Source: Macrostomum hystrix (taxonomy: Eukaryota; Animalia; Platyhelminthes). From it: DNA of 64,000 nucleotides. The DNA lies in NCBI GenBank assembly GCA_950097015.1, contig CATNEN010000038.1:30008001-30072000 (forward strand), written 5' to 3'. The position numbers and the translations under genes were made by a program. Shown piece after piece: positions 14,001-25,003 of this stretch. The notes below the pieces were generated by a model. It searched no databases, was not told the DNA's origin, and worked only from the letters and a program-made list of their open reading frames with translations. Numbering within the stretch: position 1 is the stretch's first letter; each line of letters starts with the position of its first letter.

Positions 14001-15908
14001 CGTAGCACAGCAGGGCTAACTATAACAGATACTTTCGCCACTACCAATAGGAATAAAGTATTATTATTGCAGATGCTTTGATATGAGAAAATGCTTTGGA
14101 ATTTAGCCAAACGTCTGCTTCGAGAAGCAACAGACGGCCAAATAATGTTTTGCAACAACGTCACTCTTTCTTTTAAAGAGCTGCTGATTTGCTGATATCG
14201 CCCATCTGCAATAGTCAAAGTAGAGGACGAACAACAGCTGTTGCTTGTTAATGTCCGAAAATTTGTGCCAAAAACTTTACAATGAGACAGCGTGTACCTA
14301 TTATTCAGTGGGGAAAGCGCAGTTTTGCTTCATCGAAATGCTTTTAATCACTACGTCCTAGAATCGATTCCTAATAATAACAGTAAATCCTAAATCCAGG
14401 CTATATCTATATTATGCTATTGCCTGAGTTAATTACGCGAGTATACACAACAGAGGGATCTAATGCAGTTGCATCAGGTTGAACCTAGCGCCAAGGTGCT
14501 AGGAGCTCGATTCCGCGGCGAGGCCACATTCATTTGGGACCCAGCCGCGGAGAGAAAGCTTGGGGGCTTGTCGTGCAATTCACAACCTTGAGGGCCAACC
14601 TTAAAGGCACAGTGAGAGTGTACACTGCCTGATGATGAGAAAGTCAGGGCAGATGTACTCACCTGTGTGCTTGTGTGCTCAGGAGTCAGCGAAATGGGCA
14701 GAATTGCCTCCTCGCTGGCTGCGGGTCTACTAGCAGCTGTGCCATTTTTCTTTACTATAAAAATAACTGAAAAGTTAAATGCTGATTTTATATATACCCT
14801 GTAAAAGCCTGGAAAAAATTATGGGTTATTTAACAAACGCTCGTAATTGAAATTGTAAACAAAGTAATTTGTGAATAATATGTCTAAGAAATGATATAAT
14901 AGCTGCTAATTTCTCTAGAGGGCGAAACTTACAAGCTGTTAGTGTGAAATAGCAAATTGGGAAAATCTGAAATTTAGAAGATTCGTCAACTTGGTCTTTT
15001 AATTCAACCCGCCACACTCAATTCCACTATGGTTTCGAACCGGAAGAACAGTTGTCAAAATGTTTGTCTGCAATTAACTACAGACGACCCGCCCTGTCCC
15101 GTCTGCCGTTGCATAATCGGTTTTGAATTTTCAACTGGACAGAATCCTAGAAACTTTCCACTAAGAACTTGTCTATACTTTCTCAATCGTTAAGTTAAAT
15201 GTTCTTTGTAAAAATAAATGGCTTTTCTTAAAATGACGGACTGAAGAAAATTGTAAAGAGACTAGGGGAAAGAGATAGCGATCTTTGTCTGTTCAGGAAG
15301 TCAGTAACTGCACCGTCGCCATAGTTACAGAAATAACTATTAGAAACGTCTTGATACTTTCAGAAGTTATTTAAAGTTTAGCTGGCAGCAACTTAACGAG
15401 ATTGAAATGCCGAGAAATGGAAAAGAAAACGACAGTTGGACCTAACATCTAACACCTACCGATAAACCAACTCGAAAAGCAGCGGTGACAAAGCTCAGAT
15501 TTAAAAAATGCATTTTATAGGTCAGACAGACAGGGACAAGAAGACAGACGCAGGTCGCGACATTGGATGCCATCATGGCACCGACGTCGGAAGTGTGAAC
15601 AGTGGCGCGTTCAGATTGGCCTATAAGATCGAGATAAGAGGGTTGGGAATTTTTTTTCAAACGACGAATCTTTTTTTGTGCCATCGCCCGCTGTTGGGTA
15701 TTGACTTTGGCCTACTAAACAAAATAAAAGGGGCCAAGTTTTCGGCACCTCTTTCATCCGGGGGTGCTTTTACTGTCGTGCAATTTCCCTAGGGGGAAAG
15801 GAGCTTTCAGTCTTTGTTGTCTGGCCCTTCTTTGTTACGACGCGCGGTCTACCGAAAAAAGCTTTTTTAGATGGGGCGGGAGAAATTCTTTTGAACGAAA
15901 ACTCACCG

Positions 15909-15940
<32 letters not shown>

Positions 15941-17136
15941 TTGAACTGCCAGTGTAAAATGTGCAGTGGCAATGGTTGCCATGGCTGCCAAACAATTTGC
16001 CACCTTTCTAAGGCGTGCATTCAGCGACACCACCCAGACACAATTACTTCACCTTTATGAACATATTGTGTTCAATTTAAACTTTGCCCTGCGTGCGCTC
16101 AATTTGAAGAGACAAATTAATTAACTGAATAAGCTAATAAAGAGATTTTATTTCACTCTGAACATTAATGGATAAAAAATGTTTTGGCTCCAGATGCTGT
16201 GGGAACAATAAAGGTAGGCTTTTTGAAGACAGACCTCATCGATCTAACACAAGGCCCACAAAAATAAACTTAAGAGGACAGACGAGACAGGGGAGAGATA
16301 AAACAGGGGAGAGATGAGACAGGATGGAGATGAGACAGGAGGGAGATAACATATGGAAGAGATGAGACAGTGGAGAGATGAGACAGAAAGGAGATGAGAT
16401 ACGGGAGAGATGAGACAGGATGGAGATGAGACAGGAGGGAGATAAGATATGGAAGAGATGAGACAGTGGAGAGATGAGACAGAAAGGAGATGAGATACGG
16501 GAGAGATGAGACAGGGGAGAGATGAGACAGGATGGAGATGAGATAGGAGGGAGATAAGATATGGAAGATATGAGACAGTGCAGAGATGAGACACGGGAGA
16601 GATGAGACACGGGAGAGATGAGACACGGGAGAGATGAGGCAGGGGAGAGATGAGACAGGTGAGAGATGAGACACGGGAGAGATGAGACACGGGAGAGATG
16701 AGACACGGGAGAGATGAGACACGGGAGAGATGAGACACGAGAGAGATGAGACACGGGAGAGATGAGACACGGGAGAGATGAGACACGCGAGAGATGAGAC
16801 AGGGGAAACATGGGCATTTTCTATATTACTCTCCCGAAATCGTTGCAGATTCACATGCAGACTTCTTCTCTGGGGGTTGGCGGCACGTCGAGTTGTTCAG
16901 AAGCCACGGCAGCCACTTCAACTGGCTCCGGGGCTGCGGGCTCCAATGCGCCGGCGCCGCCTGGCCTCGGACTTCACGAGCGGCGACACTCAGAAGAGGA
17001 CGCCAGCGTGGATGACTCCGGACGCGGCGGCTCAATGGACGATCTGCGCCAGCAGAAGCAGCAGCAGCAGCAGCAGCAACACGCAGTATTCAGACCACAT
17101 CCAGCAGCTTCTGGTGTTGGTGGAACAATGATTTGA
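8087..17136 (+). CDS. 3' part (last two recognisable exons, 8087-8337 and 16849-17136) of an unknown gene with a low-complexity G/S/Q-rich C-terminus
   Basis: Polypyrimidine tract plus CAG acceptor at 8086; GTGAGT donor at 8338 (phase 0); TTGCAG acceptor at 16848 (phase 0). The join reads ...MSGQPSPR|IHMQTSSLG...QQQQQQQHAVFRPHP...GTMI*. Both exons are GC-rich islands. Upstream and intermediate exons not identified. Confidence 0.5.
12680..12800 (-). mobile_element. Diverged fragment of SINE family A
   Basis: CTGAGCACAC...TGTGTACATCTGTCCTGACTTTCTCATCTTCAGGCTGTGTACACTCTC matches the body of the copy at 46420-46765. Confidence 0.75.
14485..14730 (+). mobile_element. SINE family A copy (5'-truncated tRNA head)
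   Basis: B-box-like GCTCGATTCC followed by the shared body GAGGGCCAACC...GTGTACACTGCCTGATGATGAGAAAGTCAGGGCAG...GCCTCCTCGCTGGCTGCGGGTCTA. Confidence 0.85.
16278..16805. repeat. Purine-rich 16-bp minisatellite (GAGATGAGACACGGGA)n with compound variants
   Basis: Tandem periodicity; the same core unit recurs at 56935-57385. Confidence 0.92.
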
Positions 17137-18839
17137 AAATATATAAAACCTGAATTGTCTAACTGAAGTGTCTGATGAATGCCAGGGTTTGGTCACTGTT
17201 GCTCAGTTAGTAACTGAAGTTAACTGGAATGCTTAAATTCAAGGGAGAACTCAAGACTCAACAGAATCAGCAGTGACTCAAAAGTGGACTTAAAGTCACA
17301 CTTACTCGTAATTTCCACTATCCGTTTCGCGCCCTGTCCTACATGTGTGCATGCAGAATTGGCAGTTCATATATTTGCTTATTGATTTCAATCGACTCGC
17401 AAAATCTTTCTTGGATGTATATAGGAAATATTGTTTAGTCTTCAGTCAGTCACTTCAGTGACTTTTTTCTGCAATACAATTATCTGTTTGTTATACTTAC
17501 GTTCTCGTTGTAGCTTTATTTGTTATTTTGAATATGGTGACTTGTATGTTATTTTGGCAAAAAACACAAAAGAGTATAGAAAAATATCGGACAATGTGTT
17601 AGATATACGAGTCGAGCGTACAGTATGATTAGTATAATTAATGATTGTCTCCCGTCTACTAGTCTCTCGTTGGTGTATTTCACAATAACAAAAATGTTAG
17701 TCATCTATCACCTCAACAATGCTTTGCATCCGCGAGTCCTTTCAATGCATTACCGTGTCAGTTACCGATGATTCATATGGAATTCTGCACAATATGAAGG
17801 ACTGTTTGTTTGAATCGTTAGAAGTTAGAAATTATTAATTAAATAATGGAGACTTAGCTAGATAAATAAATGTTACATGCACATGTACAGCTTAAGTAGA
17901 TATGTTGTTCTTAGAACTGTTGTGTTCGTCTATATAGGTTCCTAAATTTAGAAGCAATAGGCGCATGGCAATGTACTTGTATAGTTTGACTTTAAAAACT
18001 TGCCAGGAGTTAGTAAAAGTCCGTTTTCTATATTGTACAATTTGTCTTAAATAAATGTTTTTTAAGTTCTTGGAAAGTGCTTGTATACAGAATCAAAGCA
18101 TTCATGGAGGTAATCTTACAATCTTCGCTTTTGTTATTTACCCACACAGCTGCAGGTGGAAGTGCTATTCACAGAATTTTTTGAGTGAAAGGTGAGGTGA
18201 GGTGTGAGAGTTGCACGGAAATTTTCTGTCATGGTTTCTTTGACAGAATGAGTGCCAATCTATATTTTAGGAATTTGCTTAGCCACCACCTTTTCATAAT
18301 GTAAGGCTGAAGAAACTATCACACTAGAACACCTATTTAGCTTTAGCAGTGTGTGTCGTATAGTTACACCTGCCATTTAGTCACTCTATACACGTGCTTG
18401 GGAATTTTACTGATCTTCTAGTCGGTTATAGCATTGAGCTTCTCGATATGACTGGGTTTGAAGTAAAAAGTCAAACGCTTAAAAAACGTCAGCTAACAGA
18501 ACGAACCAGAATCCAGCGAAGATCAACCTCAAGCAGTCTATAATTGACTTTAAATTCTTGATTAATCGGTTTTGATCAGTCATTAACAAGACTTATGTTT
18601 ATTCAGCGTGTCCAAGCCATTTTCAATCGCAAGCAGTGCCGAATAGATGTAGCTGGAGGCCACTTAAATAAGCTATAGTCAGAGAAATTCGGTAAATACA
18701 CCTGTGTCAATTAGACTGGACTGCTCTGACAGTATTTTTATATTTTAAATGCATTATAACTAGCACTGGGATTGGGAGGGTCAATTTAAACACCCGCTGT
18801 GTAGACAATGTATTAACTCGTACGTTATTATGGTCAAAT

Positions 18840-19060
18840 GTGTTTGCCTCTCGAACCAACGTCCGTGAGCTCGATTCCGTGGCGAGGCCACATTCGTTTG
18901 TGGCTAAGCAGCGAAGAGAAGGCCTTGTGGCTTGTTGATTGAGGGCCAACCTTCAAGGCACAGTCAGAGTGTACACTGCCTGACGATGAGAAAGTCAGGG
19001 CAGATGTACACACCCGTGTGAGTATATGTACTCAGGAGTTAGCAGAATTGCCTCCTCGCT
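18840..19060 (+). mobile_element. SINE family A copy
   Basis: TTTGCCTCTCGAACCAACGTCCGTGAGCTCGATTCC head plus the shared body through GAATTGCCTCCTCGCT. Confidence 0.85.
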
Positions 19061-19274
19061 TAAATGATGTGGCAGGTCTCACAGCCCTTTTTTATATACT
19101 CAAATTTTCGACTCATGAAATTTTTGCAGATTAAAGCTAACAATGTTGCCGTTTTGTTTTACTTTTCTACTAGTTAGTAGGCTAATAAGATTACTGACAG
19201 TAGCAAAGTGTGCGTTTCGCTGATGATTAACAAACTGTTCCCTAGACGCGTTGATTTTGAAAGCTCAACTTTGG

Positions 19275-19400
19275 AGCTGCCATCGTCCCAGCTGCCATCG
19301 TCTCAGCTGCCATCGCCTCAGCTGCCATCGTCTCAGCTGCCATCGTCTCAGCTGCCATCGTCTCAGCTGCCATCGTCTCAGCTGCCATCGTCGTCTCAGC
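19275..19400. repeat. 15-bp minisatellite (CAGCTGCCATCGTCT)n
   Basis: About 8 tandem copies. Confidence 0.9.
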
Positions 19401-19777
19401 TCATATCTCCCTACTCAGTGACAGTACTGTGCGACAGATCTGTTGGCTGCTGAGCTTTGGTCTTTTCACTGAGTTGGTCTAGAGTTCTACCATTACTAAG
19501 CTATCGCTTACACAGCTTAGATACTTAGCTATCTTCGCAAAGTCACTGGCGTGGCTCAGTATTTCAAAACTGAATCACCTTCAGTGCTATTAGCAGTATA
19601 GTATGGTCATCACTGACTTACCGATAAACTGTGTAGCTTCAGAGACCAATAGTGGACGTCCGAAAGCGCTTTCTATATATAGATAAGGGTAATATGGATA
19701 TAAAATATTAGATTTTCGATTTTCGATTTTAAATAAAATAGCAAACTAAAACAACTATCGAACGCTCAGAATCGGAA

Positions 19778-22700
19778 ATGCTTCTGGCACATCTATCGCT
19801 ATTGATCATTTGGAAAAGCGTATTCGTCGAGTGTTCGTATGTAGAACGATTACAGGACTCTACGCTGATAGGCGGAAAGGTCCGTATTGGCTTGTCAAAC
19901 TACTCAAATCAGTATCAAGTCTTGGTCGACACAGGCGCTCCCTGCGACTCCAATGGGTCTCCCTGTGATCCGGTTTTTGTCGTCAAGATTGGGGCTCAAC
20001 AGTTTGGGTGAGTTCTGCCATAGACTCCTAGAAGTTCTTGACGTTCAAATCGGATCGACAATAACGAGAGATTTCACTCCATATCCACAGAGTACACATT
20101 TTACATTTTTTTGTAATTCCCAAAAATATTCTACCGATCGCCATAAAAATCCAGAACACAAGCTAAAATTTTCCGCTATATCCGATGAAACAACTTCGTC
20201 GAGAGCATCGTCGAGATATTCAACGGGGGTGTCTGGTGGCAGAAACCACAAATAATAGGAAAACATTATCTGTTCACACTATTTAACGATGTAAATCATG
20301 TCGGCTACTATTTTTGATTATATTGTTAGTTTATTCACTTCTGACCTGATATGGATTCCGCTTATTTAGGTTTATAAAGAGCTAGCAATGTTATTTGTTC
20401 TTGTCAGTAGGGTCTTCGACAGGAATTGCTGAACATCTCGATGATGCTGGCTCGTAAGGCTTTGAAAGTTAGTTCATCTTAAAGAAACAAAATTTGATTC
20501 AGATTTTGACTCAGACAAAAATCGGTCATTCGGTTTGGGAGCCATTGTGAAATAGACAGTGCCGCCGTGGTCTTTCCTCAGGCGGGGAATAGCCTGGTCT
20601 TCACTAGTGTTAACGTCTTCTCTTACAGGTTCGAGCAGCAAGACAAGTCTGCAATCTTCAACAATGTTGACAGTCTTGTCGGCGAGTTCTACTCGAAAGA
20701 ATTCACAATGTTTCGAGAACTTCCGGTGAGCTCAAATGAAAAGTATAATATCCTTGTTTGTTGACTGCAAAGGATATAAAAAGCATTTTAATTCAGGACA
20801 CTCTCTTCATAAGCGTCACAATTGAGGACAACGACGCGTTCAGTCCAGTGCCGCAAGTGATCGCCCAGACAGTTATTGAGCTTCGAGATCTCCTACCATC
20901 AGTGCCAGATCGACAGAGCAATGCCCAAACGAAAGAAGTGTTTTGCACTCCTATAAATAAATATGTCAGGTAAGTGAAACATTTTTTTCTAGCAAAAAAT
21001 TCAGTTTTTAGAAATTTGATTTTTTTTATAATTCATTCATCTCGATATGACCTCAGGGCGTATAAAAATTTGAAAAATTGCTTTGATCGATGAAGTCTCA
21101 GTTGAGTAAGAATAAAGTTAGTGCCTGCTCATTACCAAATGCTAAACGCAAAAGTCTCAGGTGTAATTATAATCATATAATCTTCAGATTTTGGTACATT
21201 TGGTACTTTAAAAGAGAAATCGACTGCGCATTTCGGTTTCGAAAAAAATAACGAAATTCGGTATTAAACAAAATGCGTTTTAGACTCCTTAACTCATATT
21301 GCAATTCGAGTCTAGCTGTGGCTTTTCGATAAAATTTTACCAAGCTAAAAAGTTAATACAATTGTTGCCCTTAATTTGCAGTTTTACTCTCACTGCCGAG
21401 GTACATTGCTTGCCCGGTCAGTATGGCAGGCGATGCAGCACCAGTTGCGACGGAGGCACACCAATATATCCGACGTGTCACAGTGGCGACGCCAGCAACT
21501 GTAGTCGATCACTTGGTAAGAGCAATGACACAAGGTTGAAGTGTTGCGACGGCTAATGTTTGTGCACTGATAAAGCCAGGCTTTAAGTTTGCCAATCTAT
21601 TGTCAAGCTAAATTCTAACTTCAACCTGTAGATCTTTGTAGATAAGCCAAATCTATTTAGCGGAAAGTTAGAAGTGTTGAAATAAACGTCGTTAAAATAG
21701 CCAAGGTAATTTGCAAGCGATTTCGTTGCGTTCGTTTCCTGCACGTGTCCAAGCTATGCACTGGAAATGATGCGAAGCGCGACGATAACAAAATTGCAGT
21801 CTATACCAGCCAGATTAAAGAGTTTTGATTAAAAAATTGTTATGCAACCCTGTAGGAATGGCATTGTTTTTGGTCCAGTAGTGTAGTTCTAAGTGCTTTA
21901 AAGCTCGATGTATGCAACCTGTAAATTTAAAAGCAAAAATATATTCTAATTTACAGAGATAATTGGCTGCACATCTACTAATGGACATGCCTTTCCTGTT
22001 ACTTTCCAGGTAATATATTATCTACAACTGTTGCATAAAGAGCAAACTAAAATGTGGAATCTAACTGTTCTATCACGCATTAATACTCAATGGTTCGAGC
22101 GTTCAACTCGGAACTTGAAGGTCTGGGGTTCGATTCCCGACTTCACTGAAAAAATTGGTGTCCTCATCTGGGGTACTTGCGGGGGTGACGCCCCCAGTCC
22201 ATGGACTGCAAACAGCGTACGCAGCCTTCAGATGCGCCGCGCAATAGCCGCGGCTGTGCTGACAGCTGCATATCTGACCCGATTGGGCCAGGAGTAATAA
22301 ATAAAATTATTACTATATTTCTCAACACAATGAATTATTTTAGTAACGCTATATAGTTATTGCTTGTTTTTATTCAGGTTCAGATTTCTGTTGGGGTGGC
22401 CGTCGTCGCAGCCTTTCTAGTCGTGTCTGCAATCGTCACCTTCGCTATCATCTGTCGCAAACGCCAGCGTAGACTAGCTAGGGAACGAGATGCATTTCTT
22501 GTTATTCTGTAAGAGTACAAACTTTGCTTTAATAATTGAAAGCCAATATGCATTGTCGGCACATTTACAAGCCAGTATCTATTTTCGATAATCACAGCAG
22601 CAAGCAACAACAGAGTCAACATCAGCATCCGCCTGAAAACTCTACTGAAGCGCAGCCAGCCACAGTCATGCATCCTCAGCGGTCTCCTCTGATGTCCACC

Positions 22701-22853
22701 CTAGGGTCCTCCGAGTTCAAGAACCCAGTGTACCATCAGCAGCAAAAGCGACAAGAAGCCTCTATGTCTGCCGCTCATCAAGTGGACAAAGAGGAAGTCT
22801 ACGAGCAGGTTGAAGACGGAGTTCAGGCACCTCCACTGCCACCGAAGAATTAA
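19778..22853 (+). CDS. Type I membrane protein (~357 aa), Delta/Serrate-like: signal peptide, MNNL/C2-like domain, partial DSL-like Cys motif, one TM helix, cytoplasmic NPVY/YEQV/PPLPPK
   Basis: Seven GT-AG exons in consistent phase: 19778-20007, 20629-20725, 20797-20969, 21382-21515, 21957-22009, 22378-22508, 22598-22853 (1074 nt). Motifs YSNQYQVLVDTGAPCD..PCDPVFVV and FTLTAEVHCLPGQYGRRCSTSC; TM VGVAVVAAFLVVSAIVTFAII then RKRQRR; AATAAA near 23099-23124. The family call is by eye. Confidence 0.75.
20040..20600 (-). mobile_element. Dispersed repeat family C copy in intron 1 of the Delta-like gene
   Basis: Shares GGAAAGACCACGG, CTCCCAAACCGAATGACCGATTTT and GATTTTTATGGCGATCGGTAGAATA-type blocks with 60125-60400; the first two blocks also occur at 46350-46950. 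Confidence 0.65.
22085..22300 (+). mobile_element. tRNA-derived SINE family B copy (intronic)
   Basis: B-box GGTTCGATTCCC; 3' body CCAGTCCATGGACTG...GCAGCCTTCAGATGCGCCGCGCAATAGCCGCGGCTGTGCTG shared with 47445-47650 and 49830-50110. Confidence 0.85.
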
Positions 22854-24294
22854 CACTTCGAAAGCTTCAGCGAATTATTAAATTCAGCCGTACTTCTAAT
22901 TTTTCCATTTTTTGCATGCCATTAATCCTTGTTCCTGCTTATCGAATCCAAACAAAACAAGTATGCCTAATTTCACTCATCTTTTTGAAACTCTAGTTGG
23001 CTTGTCTGTATCTTGATGTCATGCCACTTTTATATCCCTTGTTCTGCTTGCGCACTAAATTATTATCGAATAATTCACGAATGACCGAATATTTTTAATA
23101 TAAATATTTTACTAACAAATAAATACATCCTGACTGTACACCAACCACACACTGCATCCTAGAAAGCATGAAAGTGTAAACAAAAACTCCAGATTTTCCT
23201 GCTTTTGTAATTCACTTTGTCGCTTTAAACAATTCAGTAATTGTTAACGTCAACGTAAATTTTTAGCTTAATTAAAAAAAAAATTACATATTTTAACCTG
23301 CATGCATCACTATATTATTCTTGAAAACATTATTATTCGCAAAAAATCGCAATCCACTGCATGGCTCATTAATTCGAGTTACAATTTAATATATTAATTC
23401 TTGTCGCGCAAACAGACGGTGTATACTTTAGCGAAATTTCACCAGACTGTGATTACTAAAATGTGCAAATTTTTATGTCAAAATCATCATATAAAAAGAA
23501 TGTTTATAACTGGGTACAATTTTACGTGTAATCATTTTTTCTCTTATTTTCTAGAATCTAGCTGTTGCTGGCACTGCCAAATCGTGTATTGAAGATTCTG
23601 ACGTCATTAACTCAGCACGTATAAATATAGCATTGGACTATAATAAACAACAAGTTACGTTTAATTTTTTTAAGTTCATGTAAAGAATTACTTCCCATAT
23701 ATGTCAATGGATGCACGCGGCTGTTTAAAGTACAGCTTGGTCGTGCAGCTTGCTAAGCCAATATAACGAGAAAAATAAATAAAGCTTCAATCTAGAATTG
23801 TCCCTTCAGAGCAGTAAACAAAAAATGTGATTTTGAGATGTGCTTTTCAAATCAAATTACAATACAAAAAGCATTACGTACGATTCTTTCAAAAGAAACA
23901 TAAATTCAGCGGCGTTACGCACTAAGTACGTTATAGCAAAGTAAGCTTCATTTTTGTAGTTTGAAAGAAGCATTAGTTGCAGCAAACGAAGAAAACAAAA
24001 ATATTATTTATTATCTATACAAAATGTGAGATTTAAGCATTGATGTCAATGACAGTTTATATCATTTAACTTGCGAAGGTGATGGTGTTTTTATATCTCA
24101 GTTCAAGGTTGTATATTCAGTATGGCGATTTCAAATAATGTCGGTTGAATTCATAAAAACATGATTTTAATTGTTTGTTTCATTAGGATATGCTAATGTA
24201 CAGTAAACAATGAGCACTACTTTTTGTGGTACTTACTGAACTTATAAGTTATTAGTATTTAAGTTTCGTAGGCCTATAATTTTATTTAGGTAAA

Positions 24295-25003
24295 GGAAGT
24301 GCTTATTCCCACGGTCCCGTGCCGATAATTTCAATTTTATCCACACGGATCCGTGCCGATAACTTTCTGCTTATCCACACGGCAGCTTGTATGAATAAGT
24401 CTACTTTCAAGTCCCTACCTATTCTTCTCTGAGCATAAGGCTTTTGCTTCAGAGTAGCCTTTAGTGTATAGTGTACACTATCAATGCATAGTGTAAAATA
24501 ATAACAATGATGTATAATATGTGTGACGAGTTTGGTGCTGACTAGAATTCTGCTGGTTGACTCGAATGATTTTCTTTAATATACTTTTTACTTATTAAGT
24601 CAATACAATTTTTATGAAAACACGTAACGATTACAAAATATTTCTAAAGTGAGTTGTTATTAAAATAATTAAAAGGGATGATATGTATGTCGGTTAATGA
24701 ATGTGTAGGTCGAAATCTAGAACACTGTCGTAACACACACACTGTTGATTTATTGGCTCGAGGGTTCAACAAACCATTCAAACCTGAAAGGGCCTCGTTT
24801 CAAAGAACAGAACCATGTGAATAAAATTGAAATGAATGGCCTGGCATATATAAAGAGTTGTAGACCTATTCGTACAAGCTGCCATGTGGATAAGCAGAAA
24901 ATTATTGGCACGGATCCATGTAGATAAAATTGAAATTATTGGCACGGATCCATGTAGATAAAATTGAAATTATTGGCACGGGACTGTGGGAATAAGCTCT
25001 GCC
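24295..25003. mobile_element. Non-autonomous MULE/Mutator-like DNA transposon (MITE)
   Basis: Imperfect TIRs of about 110-145 bp (GGAAGTGCTTATTCCCAC... / ...GTGGGAATAAGCTCTGCC) with internal ~32-bp subrepeats; 9-bp direct flanks TTAGGTAAA at 24286-24294 and 25004-25012; no transposase ORF. Confidence 0.8.

Noticed and set aside
16236-16854. Repetitive ORFs here and at 2211-2810, 4541-4857, 32702-33038, 36192-36563 and 56857-57448
   Set aside because: All are translations of minisatellites.
19920-19945. LVDTGA aspartic-protease-like motif in the 19778 gene
   Set aside because: It lies in a secreted Cys-flanked context that fits the MNNL/C2 start, with no other protease motifs.
20045-20266. 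Short ORF sharing FLPP with the ORF at 60297-60482
   Set aside because: The similarity is at DNA level within repeat family C and the frames are not conserved.
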